From: Myxococcota bacterium
GTDB taxonomy: Bacteria > Myxococcota > XYA12-FULL-58-9 > JALHOP01
Reading direction: 5' to 3'
Length of the DNA stretch: 24,904 bases
Assembly: GCA_041288095.1 (NCBI GenBank)
Contig: JBGGMJ010000045.1
Span: forward strand, 1-24,904
In this document: positions 8,873 to 17,037 of the stretch, in pieces
Position numbering within the stretch: the first letter of the stretch is position 1
Layout of the letters: every line of letters starts with the position of its first letter
Position numbers and translations under genes: made by a program
Notes under the pieces: generated by a model
What the model was told of the DNA's origin: nothing
The model's input: the letters and a program-made list of their open reading frames with translations, nothing else
Databases searched by the model: none

Positions 8873-9180
8873 GTGGGCGTGGCGATGCGGTGAGCACGCG
8901 CGCGCGTGCCGCTGCGACTGCTGCCGTCTGGGTGGCCGCCACCAACACCGGTGCCGACCGAGGCGACGGTGTGAATGCCTTCGTCACCGATGCCGCCACG
9001 TTCGACCGCGGCGCGACCGTTGGTCTTGGCGAGCGCGGCGTTGACTTGCGTCCGACTCGCGGCGCCCTTTTGGGCTTCCTTGCCCTGTTTCTCGAGGTCT
9101 TCGCCGGTGAAGATCGCGCCTTGCTTCGCGATGTCCTTCTGAATGTCGGCTACCGTCGCGGTCGCGGAAATCCCCGTCAT
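8869..9180 (-). CDS. Small hypothetical, largely low-complexity protein
   Basis: 103 aa from ATG 9180 preceded by a GGAG RBS; MTGISATATVADIQKDIAKQG...; stop overlaps the srkA stop. Confidence 0.6.
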   Translation of the reverse strand: MTGISATATVADIQKDIAKQGAIFTGEDLEKQGKEAQKGAASRTQVNAALAKTNGRAAVERGGIGDEGIHTVASVGTGVGGGHPDGSSRSGTRARAHRIATPT

Positions 9181-9223
9181 GACAACACTCCGCCCAGTTT
9201 TCGTTACACGTGGGTCTAGAGGG

Positions 9224-9251
9224 TTATCGGTTGCTCCTGCCTTGGTGTTGC
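9224..9251 (-). promoter_or_regulatory. Sigma-28-like promoter candidate
   Basis: Minus strand reads GCAACACC-N12-ACCGATAA, 43 nt upstream of ATG 9180, in a lower-GC intergenic region. Confidence 0.45.
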
Positions 9252-9354
9252 GTTCCATTTGGGCGCGCCATGAAGTGGTGCGTATTCCCACATCAAATCG
9301 CTCAAGACTTGGCTTCCTTGATCCGTAGACAAGGGAACCCACTGGAGGCTGCGG

Positions 9355-10722
9355 ATGGCGCGGTTATCGCTTTGCATGATTGCGCGCGACGAAGCCGAGA
9401 TGCTCGGCGATTGCCTCCGCTCCGTCGAAGGTGTCGTCGACGAGATTGTGCTCGTCGACACCGGCAGCACCGACGCCACCGTGAGCATCGCCGAGAGCTT
9501 TGGCGCGCGCGTGTTGCACCGAGCCTGGGATGACGACTTCGCGGCGCCGCGCAACGAAGCGCTCAAGGCGGCGACCGGTGACTATGTCCTGCAGCTCGAC
9601 GCCGACGAGCGGTTGGCGACGGGGGCCGCCAGGACTCTGCGCCGCGTCGTAAACCGAGCCGACTTCGACCTCGCCGTCATTCCCTTGCACAACGCCGGCA
9701 GTCGCAACGCGATCGAAGGACAGGTGCTCTCGGGCGTCGCGCGCATGGGTGAGCCCATCTATCTTCCGCGTCTGTTCCGGCGGACGGACACGACCGTCTA
9801 TCGCGGCGTCATTCACGAGAGCGTCGCCGAATCCGTTGCCGAGCGGAAGGGCAAGGTGACTTCGTTGCCCATCGACATCATCCATTTCGGGGCGCTGGAC
9901 GAAATGCGCGTCGCACGCAACAAGGACGACCGGAACCTGCGCCTGTTGCGCAAGCGCATCATCGACGAGCCCACCAACATCGTCGCCTACGGTTATCTCG
10001 CGCTCGAGCTGCTGAATGCCGGCGCCCATGACGAAGCTGGCCGGGTAATCGAGGAAGGATGGCGTCACATCGGGGACCAACCGCGTTTTCGTTCGATGCA
10101 ACGCTTGGCGGTGGCTCGCGCCGTTCACGCCCTCGCGAGTGGTAGTCCTCAGGTCGCCGTCGAGACCGCCGCGCGGGCCGCGGAGCTCGAAACGCTGGGC
10201 CCCGACCTCTTGCACTTGAAGGGTTGCGCCCTGGAGCTCCTCGCCCTGCGATCGAATCCCGATGCTCGGCTCGGGTTGCTAGAAGAGGCGATTGGCGCGC
10301 AAAACGCCGCTGCCGCTTTCGCGGACAGGCCGGTGACCGAGCGCTTGGTGGGAGGCGCGACCTCCTGGGCCGCGCATCGGCGTCGCGCCGCCTTGTTCAT
10401 CATGTTGGGTCGTCCGCGCAACGCTTTGAGCGCCGCGCAAGCCGCCCTCACCGAGATTCCCAACGACCTCGAGACGCAGCTGCTCCTGGCCGAGGCCGTG
10501 CTCGATTGCGGTGAAGCCGCGCGTTCACTGAGGCTCCTCGAAACCTTGCTGGTCGACCGTCCCGACGGCTGGCTGCTCGCCGGCGCCGCTGCCTTCTTGG
10601 CTGGTGGTCGCGGAGACGCCGCGGTCTTCTTCGCCAAGGCGCGCAGCCATCTCGCGCGAGGCTTCGTCAGCGCCCACCGGCGTTTACGCTTTGCCGACCT
10701 GGCGCGTGCCCTCGCCGCCTGA
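9355..10722 (+). CDS. Family 2 glycosyltransferase with C-terminal TPR-like helical repeats
   Basis: LSLCMIARDE, VDEIVLVDTGSTDAT, WDDDFAAPRNEAL, LDADE (DxD), YRGVIHE, followed by Ala/Leu-rich helical repeats. Confidence 0.9.
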   Translation: MARLSLCMIARDEAEMLGDCLRSVEGVVDEIVLVDTGSTDATVSIAESFGARVLHRAWDDDFAAPRNEALKAATGDYVLQLDADERLATGAARTLRRVVNRADFDLAVIPLHNAGSRNAIEGQVLSGVARMGEPIYLPRLFRRTDTTVYRGVIHESVAESVAERKGKVTSLPIDIIHFGALDEMRVARNKDDRNLRLLRKRIIDEPTNIVAYGYLALELLNAGAHDEAGRVIEEGWRHIGDQPRFRSMQRLAVARAVHALASGSPQVAVETAARAAELETLGPDLLHLKGCALELLALRSNPDARLGLLEEAIGAQNAAAAFADRPVTERLVGGATSWAAHRRRAALFIMLGRPRNALSAAQAALTEIPNDLETQLLLAEAVLDCGEAARSLRLLETLLVDRPDGWLLAGAAAFLAGGRGDAAVFFAKARSHLARGFVSAHRRLRFADLARALAA

Positions 10723-10746
10723 AGGTCTGCTATAGCTTCGCTCCGC

Positions 10747-12072
10747 ATGAAGGACATCGCCCGTGCCCTTGCGTTGCTTGTTATCGCGGTCATCGCGCGT
10801 CCGGCGCTCGCCGGCAATCTGGACGCCGTCTTCGTTTCGGACCAAGCAGCGATGATGGGCGGGGCCGTCACAGCGCTCGCCTCCGACACCACCGCGATCT
10901 TCTACAACCCGGCCGGCCTCGCGGCGGACACCTCACACGCGAGCATTTCGCTCAGCACTTCGTCGTACGGCTTCTCGACTCGCTCGAGCCCATCATTGCT
11001 CGTCGAGTCGCCGTCGACTCGCAGCAGCGACCTGACGACCCAACAGTTGCTCAGCGTGCCGGCCGCCATCGCCTTTTTCGTGCCGCTGAGCCCTCGTCTC
11101 GGAGCGGGTTTCGGCATCTTCGTGCCCGTGGCTTTGAACGAGTGGCAACGGGACGCGGTCGTCATCGAGAATGGCACGACTGTCGGCCGCGCGAGCTTCG
11201 AGAACCGTTTGGTGGGCACCGACTTTCGCATCGGCGGTGGCGTTGGCTACGCTTTGACGGACACCTTGCGCGTCGGAGCGGCCTTGTTCGCGACCTACAC
11301 CGTCGCGGCGCTCCATCTCGACTTTGCCACCACGCAGCACACCGATGAAATCGCGGTCGCGAGCACGCAAATTAGCGTCAACGACGAGGTGCTGCAGCTC
11401 GGCGCGGTGGCGACGCTGGGCATCCAGTGGCAACCACGCGCGGATGTCATCATCGCCGCGACCTGGTTCTTGCCCGAGCTCGAGGTCACCAGCCAGGACC
11501 GCTTGAGTCAGCAAGCGAGCGCCTTCGGCCCCGACGGCGCCGTCGCGGATAACGCGTTCTTGCGCATCACCTCGGGGGTGCGCAGTGCCGGCAACAGCCG
11601 GCTCTTCTTCGGCGCGGGCTATCGGGGCGAGCGCCTGCGTCTCGGGCTCGAAGGGAACTTTACCAAGCCGAGCGGAGACTTCGTGAAGGGCGAGGTTTGG
11701 AACGCCCGCGCCGGCATGCAAGCCCGCGTGGTCGAAGGCGTGTGGCTCGGCGCCGGGTTGTTCACCGATCGCTCGCCCGACCGCTTCGACTCCACCAGTC
11801 TGCTATCGCGTAGCGTCGACTTCTACGGCGCGACCTTCGGAGTGCGCCTCGAATCCTCGTACCTGGCGCGGCTGGTTCGCGACTGGAAGGGCAAGAGCGA
11901 CGCAAACGAGTCGTCGCTGGTCTTTTTTACGGCGCTCACGGCCCGCTACGCTTACGGCACAGGTCGCACAGCGGTGGTCGCGATCGCCGACGACGGTACC
12001 CTCGAGGGCCGAGGCGTCGACGTCACGGTGCACGAGATTTCCGGGCAGCTCAGCACCGGCATCGCTTTCTGA
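10747..12072 (+). CDS. Outer-membrane beta-barrel, FadL/OmpP1/TodX-like
   Basis: Signal peptide ending ALA; plug motif MGGAVTALASDTTAIFYNPAGLA; amphipathic beta strands; C-terminal Phe (STGIAF). Confidence 0.75.
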   Translation: MKDIARALALLVIAVIARPALAGNLDAVFVSDQAAMMGGAVTALASDTTAIFYNPAGLAADTSHASISLSTSSYGFSTRSSPSLLVESPSTRSSDLTTQQLLSVPAAIAFFVPLSPRLGAGFGIFVPVALNEWQRDAVVIENGTTVGRASFENRLVGTDFRIGGGVGYALTDTLRVGAALFATYTVAALHLDFATTQHTDEIAVASTQISVNDEVLQLGAVATLGIQWQPRADVIIAATWFLPELEVTSQDRLSQQASAFGPDGAVADNAFLRITSGVRSAGNSRLFFGAGYRGERLRLGLEGNFTKPSGDFVKGEVWNARAGMQARVVEGVWLGAGLFTDRSPDRFDSTSLLSRSVDFYGATFGVRLESSYLARLVRDWKGKSDANESSLVFFTALTARYAYGTGRTAVVAIADDGTLEGRGVDVTVHEISGQLSTGIAF

Positions 12073-12109
12073 AAAAAATGTCCTAACGCTTTCCACGGCG
12101 CGGTTGTCC
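12072..12109 (+). promoter_or_regulatory. ECF sigma-type promoter candidate for the YHYH operon
   Basis: A7 tract, then TAAC (12084-12087)-N17-TGTC (12105-12108), upstream of an operon that encodes an ECF sigma factor. Confidence 0.4.
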
Positions 12110-12135
12110 TCTCTCATGAACGAGCGAGGTCACCC

Positions 12136-13113
12136 GTGGAACAGTCGTATGCGCTCCGGCGTCGCCATTTTCTCCTGCAAATGCTCGGTAGCATCGGTGC
12201 TTGCACTGGGCTTGCGGCTGTCGCTCGCGCCGCGCCGAACGGGCGCGACTTGATCGACCGCTTGGTTTCGCCGTCGCGGGCGGCGCGGCGCGTCGACAAG
12301 GCAGGCGATGGCTACCGCTACTTCAAGGGCCTGGGGCTTCCGGACCACCCGACGGGTGCGTTTCCCAACCCGAATTGCCCCGGCCCCATCCTCCCCCAGA
12401 ATCAGGCGTACCGTTTGACGGCGGCGCCGGCCGCGGCGGCAAGCGCGACCCCTCTCGGCGGCTGGGTCCTGGGCGTTGGCGTCAACGGCGTCGTCTTCGA
12501 TCCGACGGGTCCTTATTACTATCGCGATCCGCAAACGCCGACCGGCTGGCAGTTCGAGGTGCTCGCGAGCGTCGCGCGACCGGCGCTCGGTATCGACGCG
12601 AACAACGCGCACACGCAGCCGAGCGGCGAGTATCACTACCACGGCGTTCCCGTGGGCTTGATCACGGCGCTCGCGCGCTCTCGCGCACAACGCGGCGAGC
12701 CCGACGGCATGCTGCTCCTCGGTTGGGCGGCCGACGGCTTCCCCATCTATGCGCAGTCCGCGCCGCGCGATCCCTGGGACCCGCGGAGCCCGTTGGCGGC
12801 CTTGCGTTCGTCCTACGCGCTGCGCAGCGGGCCGCGCCTGGGTGCCGACAGTCCCGGCGGCTCGCACGACGATCACCCGGGTGGCGTCTTCGTGCAGGAC
12901 TTCGAGTACCGCCCCGGCAGCGGTGAGCTCGATGAGTGCAATGGCCGCTATGGCGTTACTCCCGAATACCCGGCCGGCACCTATTACTACGTCGTCACCA
13001 ACACGTTTCCCTTCGTGCCTCGCGCCTATCGTGGTGTTCCCGACCCGAGCTTTTGGCATCCGTCACCGGGTTACGACGCCGTTCCGCCGGCACTAAGGAC
13101 GTTGAGCCTATGA
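12136..13113 (+). CDS. YHYH-domain protein with Tat signal peptide
   Basis: RRHFLL twin-arginine motif plus hydrophobic stretch; NGVVFDP; AHTQPSGEYHYHG; GWAADGFPIY; LDECNGR; YYYVVT..FPF. GAGGT RBS before GTG. Confidence 0.9.
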   Translation: MEQSYALRRRHFLLQMLGSIGACTGLAAVARAAPNGRDLIDRLVSPSRAARRVDKAGDGYRYFKGLGLPDHPTGAFPNPNCPGPILPQNQAYRLTAAPAAAASATPLGGWVLGVGVNGVVFDPTGPYYYRDPQTPTGWQFEVLASVARPALGIDANNAHTQPSGEYHYHGVPVGLITALARSRAQRGEPDGMLLLGWAADGFPIYAQSAPRDPWDPRSPLAALRSSYALRSGPRLGADSPGGSHDDHPGGVFVQDFEYRPGSGELDECNGRYGVTPEYPAGTYYYVVTNTFPFVPRAYRGVPDPSFWHPSPGYDAVPPALRTLSL

Positions 13114-13124
13114 GGAGCATCGCC

Positions 13125-14222
13125 ATGCGCTGGACCGTTATCGCGTTGTGCTCGCTCGTCACTGGTGTCGCGTCGGCCCAGCCGCAACCACCGCCGTTTT
13201 TCTATCGGCTGGACGGCGTTTGCGACGACATCGACGACGAGACGAGCCTCTATGCGGGGCTCATCGCCGCCCGCATCGTCTCGCATGTCGCGGCCGGCCG
13301 AGCTCCGGGGTCGCTCTTGGCGGCGCTCGAGAGTCAGCTCGAGAGCTATCACTACGCCTACTATTGGTGTCGCGACGGGGAAGAGTACTACGACCGCATG
13401 GCGCGCACGCCCGGAGCCGACATGACGGCCGCGGGAAACTACGCCGCGGCGACCGAGAGCGCTCTGAAGGAGGCGGGAACGCGCTTTGGCTCGTTGCTGT
13501 CCGAGAGCACGGTCGCCGACGGCCGTGAGGATCTCTTCGTGACCCGCGTGTTCGCGGTCTTGCTGAGCGAGCTGCGCGGCAACGCCAGATTCTTGCGACG
13601 CGTTCAGCCGGCGCGCGCCGCCCTGCACATCGCTTTGACCGAGATCCTGCAGCTCTCGACGAGCTGCCGCGAGGTCGCCAAGTCCGGGGGCTTGGCGACA
13701 CCATGCGAATGGGAGCTCGAGACGGCGCTGAATGAGGCCGCGGCGGAAGTGCGGGCGAGCTTTGCGACCTATGGCGCGTTCGCGCAGTCGGTAGGGAGCG
13801 CCATCGACGCCGCCCAGGCGCAACGCGCGGGCAACATCGCGCGCATCGCCCAGCTCATGACCGCGTCACGAGAGACGCGGCAAATGGTCGACAACGACCT
13901 CAACCCCAAGCTGCTGGCGCTCCATGAGCAGGCCAAGGTCATGGACGCCCAGCGTTTCTACAACTGGAACGTCGGTTGCTATTACTGGTGGGTGGGCGAC
14001 TACGCGACCGCTTATGCGTACTGGGGCTGGTACGGCTATTACGACCACGCGCTGCGCACGATCGTCGAGCAGCTCATTCCCAGCCTGACCGCGCACATCA
14101 AGCAACTGCAAGACCAAGCGTACGCCATGGACGGTGAGATCCTCACCCTCCAAGAAAGCGTGCGCAACATCGACACTCAAGCGAGCCTCGCGAAGCAGCG
14201 TCTGCTCGCGGGCAACTTGTGA
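13125..14222 (+). CDS. Secreted all-helical/coiled-coil hypothetical protein
   Basis: GAGGAG RBS before ATG 13125 (alternative ATG 13110 overlaps the upstream stop). Signal peptide ending ASA-Q; heptad-like C-terminal helices interrupted by a Tyr/Trp-rich segment. Confidence 0.75.
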   Translation: MRWTVIALCSLVTGVASAQPQPPPFFYRLDGVCDDIDDETSLYAGLIAARIVSHVAAGRAPGSLLAALESQLESYHYAYYWCRDGEEYYDRMARTPGADMTAAGNYAAATESALKEAGTRFGSLLSESTVADGREDLFVTRVFAVLLSELRGNARFLRRVQPARAALHIALTEILQLSTSCREVAKSGGLATPCEWELETALNEAAAEVRASFATYGAFAQSVGSAIDAAQAQRAGNIARIAQLMTASRETRQMVDNDLNPKLLALHEQAKVMDAQRFYNWNVGCYYWWVGDYATAYAYWGWYGYYDHALRTIVEQLIPSLTAHIKQLQDQAYAMDGEILTLQESVRNIDTQASLAKQRLLAGNL

Positions 14223-14231
14223 GGAGCGACC

Positions 14232-14630
14232 ATGCGTACCGGACTTCTTGTTTTCGTCGTCCTCGCCGCTTGCGAAAATCGCGTGACGCTTCCGGATGCG
14301 CTCGCCCGCGCGCCGGGGCGTGAACGAGCTCCCGCGGCGGACGACCTGGCCGCGATGCGTGACGCGTTCGTCGCCGAGCAGGCGCCGGCCGCGCCGCGAG
14401 CAAGCACGTCCGAGCTGGTGAGCATCGCCGCGGGGCAATCGGCCGCTGTCGTCGACGACGAGCGTGGCGAGCGCGACGCCCGCAACGGACTCGAACGAGC
14501 ACGCCGCCGCCTGCGCGAGAACGCGGTCTTGCTGACGTATGGTGGCAGTCTCACATCTGACGCGAGCGACCCAACGCGAGGTGGTGGTGCCGCGAGAGCC
14601 CCTTTGCAATCGTTCGGCGGAGGGTATTGA
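14232..14630 (+). CDS. Small hypothetical lipoprotein
   Basis: GAGGAG RBS; MRTGLLVFVVLAAC lipobox; in operon context. Confidence 0.65.
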   Translation: MRTGLLVFVVLAACENRVTLPDALARAPGRERAPAADDLAAMRDAFVAEQAPAAPRASTSELVSIAAGQSAAVVDDERGERDARNGLERARRRLRENAVLLTYGGSLTSDASDPTRGGGAARAPLQSFGGGY

Positions 14631-14643
14631 GTAGCGGCCGCGC

Positions 14644-15180
14644 GTGACAGCCGACCTTCCTCTTCTCGTCGAACGAGCCCGTGACGGGGACTCGTCCGCT
14701 TTCGCGGAGCTTACGCGCCGGCACTTTCGCGCCGTGTTCGCCACGACGCTCGCGGTTCTCGGCAATGCAGCAGACGCGGAAGACGTCGCCCAAGAGGCGA
14801 TGCTCGTCGCCTTCGAACGACTCAACAGCTGCCGCGAGCCGGCGCGTTTCTCCGGCTGGCTGCGGCAGATCGCCCGGAACCTCGCTCTCAATCACTTGAC
14901 CGCGCGCAAGCGACGCCGGGACGATTCGAGCCAAGAAATCCCGAGCCGTGAGCCGCCGTCGCCGGTGGCCGGCACACGGCAGCGCTTGCTCGCCGCGCTC
15001 GCCAAGCTCTCCGAGCGCGAGCGCGAGGTCGTCCTGCTGCACGACCTGCACGGCTGGACGCACCCCGAGCTCGCCGAAGCGTTGGGGATCTCCGAGGTCA
15101 TGTCTCGTCAGTTGCTGTTCGTGGCGCGCAAACAGATGCGTGGCGCGCTGTCCGATTTCGCCGTCGAGGAGTCACCATGA
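14644..15180 (+). CDS. ECF RNA polymerase sigma factor
   Basis: GDSSAFAEL, DAEDVAQE, FSGWLRQIARN (region 2); LSEREREVVLLHDLHGWTHPELAEALGIS (region 4 HTH). Confidence 0.93.
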   Translation: MTADLPLLVERARDGDSSAFAELTRRHFRAVFATTLAVLGNAADAEDVAQEAMLVAFERLNSCREPARFSGWLRQIARNLALNHLTARKRRRDDSSQEIPSREPPSPVAGTRQRLLAALAKLSEREREVVLLHDLHGWTHPELAEALGISEVMSRQLLFVARKQMRGALSDFAVEESP

Positions 15181-15491
15181 ACGAGCCCATCGATTTTTCG
15201 TCTCTCGATCCCACCACGGACGCGGGCTTCGACCAGCGCGTCGCCGAGATCGCAAGACGCGCCTCGGTCAAGGGCGTGCGCCCGACCTTGATGACGCAGG
15301 TCGCGATGCTGTGGCGCTTCGCGGTCGTCGGCACGGCCGGGGCGGCAATCGCTTGCTGGGCCGCCGCGGCGATACGCCAACCACCCATCCAACCGTCGGC
15401 GAGCGACGCTCTCCTCGCTTGGGCGGCACACGACGACGATGCAAGTCGAGCGACGCTGCTCGGGAGCCTCGAGGTGCGCGATGAACGCTAA
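15177..15491 (+). CDS. Putative single-TM anti-sigma factor
   Basis: ATGA overlap with the sigma gene; short cytoplasmic N-terminus (DAGFDQRVAEI), one hydrophobic helix, small C-terminal domain. Confidence 0.6.
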   Translation: MNEPIDFSSLDPTTDAGFDQRVAEIARRASVKGVRPTLMTQVAMLWRFAVVGTAGAAIACWAAAAIRQPPIQPSASDALLAWAAHDDDASRATLLGSLEVRDER

Positions 15492-15816
15492 AGCCATAGC
15501 CGTGTTGATTGCCGTTTTCGTGGGCGGTGCCGCCGCCGGCATCGGGCTCGCGCCGGTCGTGCGCCCGCCCCATCACGGCCCACCACCACTGCCGGTCGCC
15601 GAGCTCGGCCTCGACGCCGACCAGGAAGCCAAGGCCCGCGCCATCATCGCCGCGCACCAGCCGGAGCTCGAGCAGATCCTCGGCGAGATGCGTCCTCGTG
15701 CCCAGGCAGTGCACCGCGCCATTCGCGGCGAGCTCGACGCGATTCTCACGCCCGCGCAACGGACGAAGCTCGACGCTCTCGAGCGCGAGCGCGGAGGGCC
15801 ACACACCGAGCGTTAG
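15481..15816 (+). CDS. Spy/CpxP-like (LTxxQ) periplasmic sensor or chaperone, heavy-metal-sensor-like
   Basis: GAGGT RBS; N-terminal membrane anchor; ELGLDADQ and ILTPAQR motifs; PPHHGPPP linker. Confidence 0.75.
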   Translation: MNAKAIAVLIAVFVGGAAAGIGLAPVVRPPHHGPPPLPVAELGLDADQEAKARAIIAAHQPELEQILGEMRPRAQAVHRAIRGELDAILTPAQRTKLDALERERGGPHTER

Positions 15817-15825
15817 CGCGCGAAA

Positions 15826-16908
15826 CTACTCGCGGCTGATGCCGATCTTGTTGAAGAACAAGTCCTCGATGGTGCGTTGCACCATCCGCCAAAGCAGATC
15901 GCGATCACCGCAGCGCGCGAACGGCCCGAGCGGGATCTTGAAGGCGCCCTTATCGGTGCGGCCGCCGCCGTAAAACATGCCGTGCGAGTCCTGGCCGAAC
16001 AGCTCCTTGAGGAAGCGATCGGGGTCGACGACGTTCGAGGTGGTGCGCAGCGAGCCGTCGACGAACTGGTTGTTGACGATGCCGTAGCAGATGACCGTGT
16101 CGATGCCTTCGCGCTTGAGCAGGTAGTCGGCGGCCTGTCCGATGCTGTCGCGGTCCTCGTCACGGACGTAGCCGACGCCGGCGAGCAAGAAGGTGTCGGC
16201 GATGACCTTGTTGGCATACGCGCGCTGGGTGATCTCCATGGTGCGCGGCGAAATGCTCTGCATGGAGATGGCTTTGAGGAGATCGAGATCGGCGAACGGC
16301 GCGAGGAACGCGGCGGCGCGGTAGTCGATCTCGCGGGCCAGCAAATAATCGTCGGTGTCGGAGCGAATCCCGTAGAGCAGGGCGCTCGCGAGCTTGCCGG
16401 CCGACGGATCTTCCTTGTCGAAGTTCGGCGACACGCCTTGCGCGAGGTACTCGGCGTAGATCGAGCTGGTCGAGCCGGACTCCTCGCGGATGTCGATGAA
16501 CTCCGCGTTCACGTCGCCTTGCAGCTTGTGATGGTCGACGATGCTGACCATCGGCATGTGCTCGAGCTCGGGCGGCAGATCGAGCATCTGCGCGTCGACG
16601 AGCGCCATGCGGTCGTAGCTCGAGAGATCGATGCCTTCCGAGTAGCGCACCATATCGATGGCGAGCTTCTTCACGAGCGCACGATTCTCGTGATGCGAGA
16701 TGTCGTCGAAATAAAGGATGGTCGGTTCGATGTTGTGCTGCTGGCAGATGTAACCGTGCGCCATGGCGCTGCCGATGCTGTCCGGATCCGGATAGCCACG
16801 GATGGCGATGACGTGGCGTTCGCCACGGTGTCCTACCAGGATGTCGTGTAGCTGTTCCGCGGGTGACTTCACTGGGGCGAGCCGCGGCAGCTCCTTCTCT
16901 GCTTCCAT
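15826..16908 (-). CDS. DHH-family phosphoesterase (NrnA/DHHA1-like)
   Basis: PDPDSIGSA (DxD), LVDAQ, IVDHH, GIRSDT, GSLRT, YGGGR. Start at ATG 16908 preferred over TTG 16929. Confidence 0.88.
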   Translation of the reverse strand: MEAEKELPRLAPVKSPAEQLHDILVGHRGERHVIAIRGYPDPDSIGSAMAHGYICQQHNIEPTILYFDDISHHENRALVKKLAIDMVRYSEGIDLSSYDRMALVDAQMLDLPPELEHMPMVSIVDHHKLQGDVNAEFIDIREESGSTSSIYAEYLAQGVSPNFDKEDPSAGKLASALLYGIRSDTDDYLLAREIDYRAAAFLAPFADLDLLKAISMQSISPRTMEITQRAYANKVIADTFLLAGVGYVRDEDRDSIGQAADYLLKREGIDTVICYGIVNNQFVDGSLRTTSNVVDPDRFLKELFGQDSHGMFYGGGRTDKGAFKIPLGPFARCGDRDLLWRMVQRTIEDLFFNKIGISRE

Positions 16909-17037
16909 GGAGCGGTAGTGTAGGCCCAACCAGGGAAGGCAACAAGCAGGTCCCGGCCACCCAGCTCAAATCCCTGAAATGACTGTGCTTTCGGCTCCAC
17001 TTGTGTCCCCTCCGCCGCTCACGCAGTATGCGCGGCC

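Noticed and set aside
9356-9372. Sigma-54-like TGGCGCG-N4-TCGCT
   Set aside because: Lies within the conserved N-terminal coding sequence (MARLSLCMI) of the glycosyltransferase, so it is probably coincidental.
12116-12253. Short out-of-frame ORF starting just after the ECF-like promoter
   Set aside because: Overlaps the YHYH gene, whose GTG has an RBS and yields a good Tat signal; the short peptide shows no features.
15877-16851. Long antisense or alternate-frame ORFs (this one, 1146..2273, 9364..10215, 13866..14891, 16160..17170, 21352..22440, 22519..23433 and others)
   Set aside because: Expected shadows of high-GC codon bias; each overlaps a gene with clear family motifs and has none of its own.
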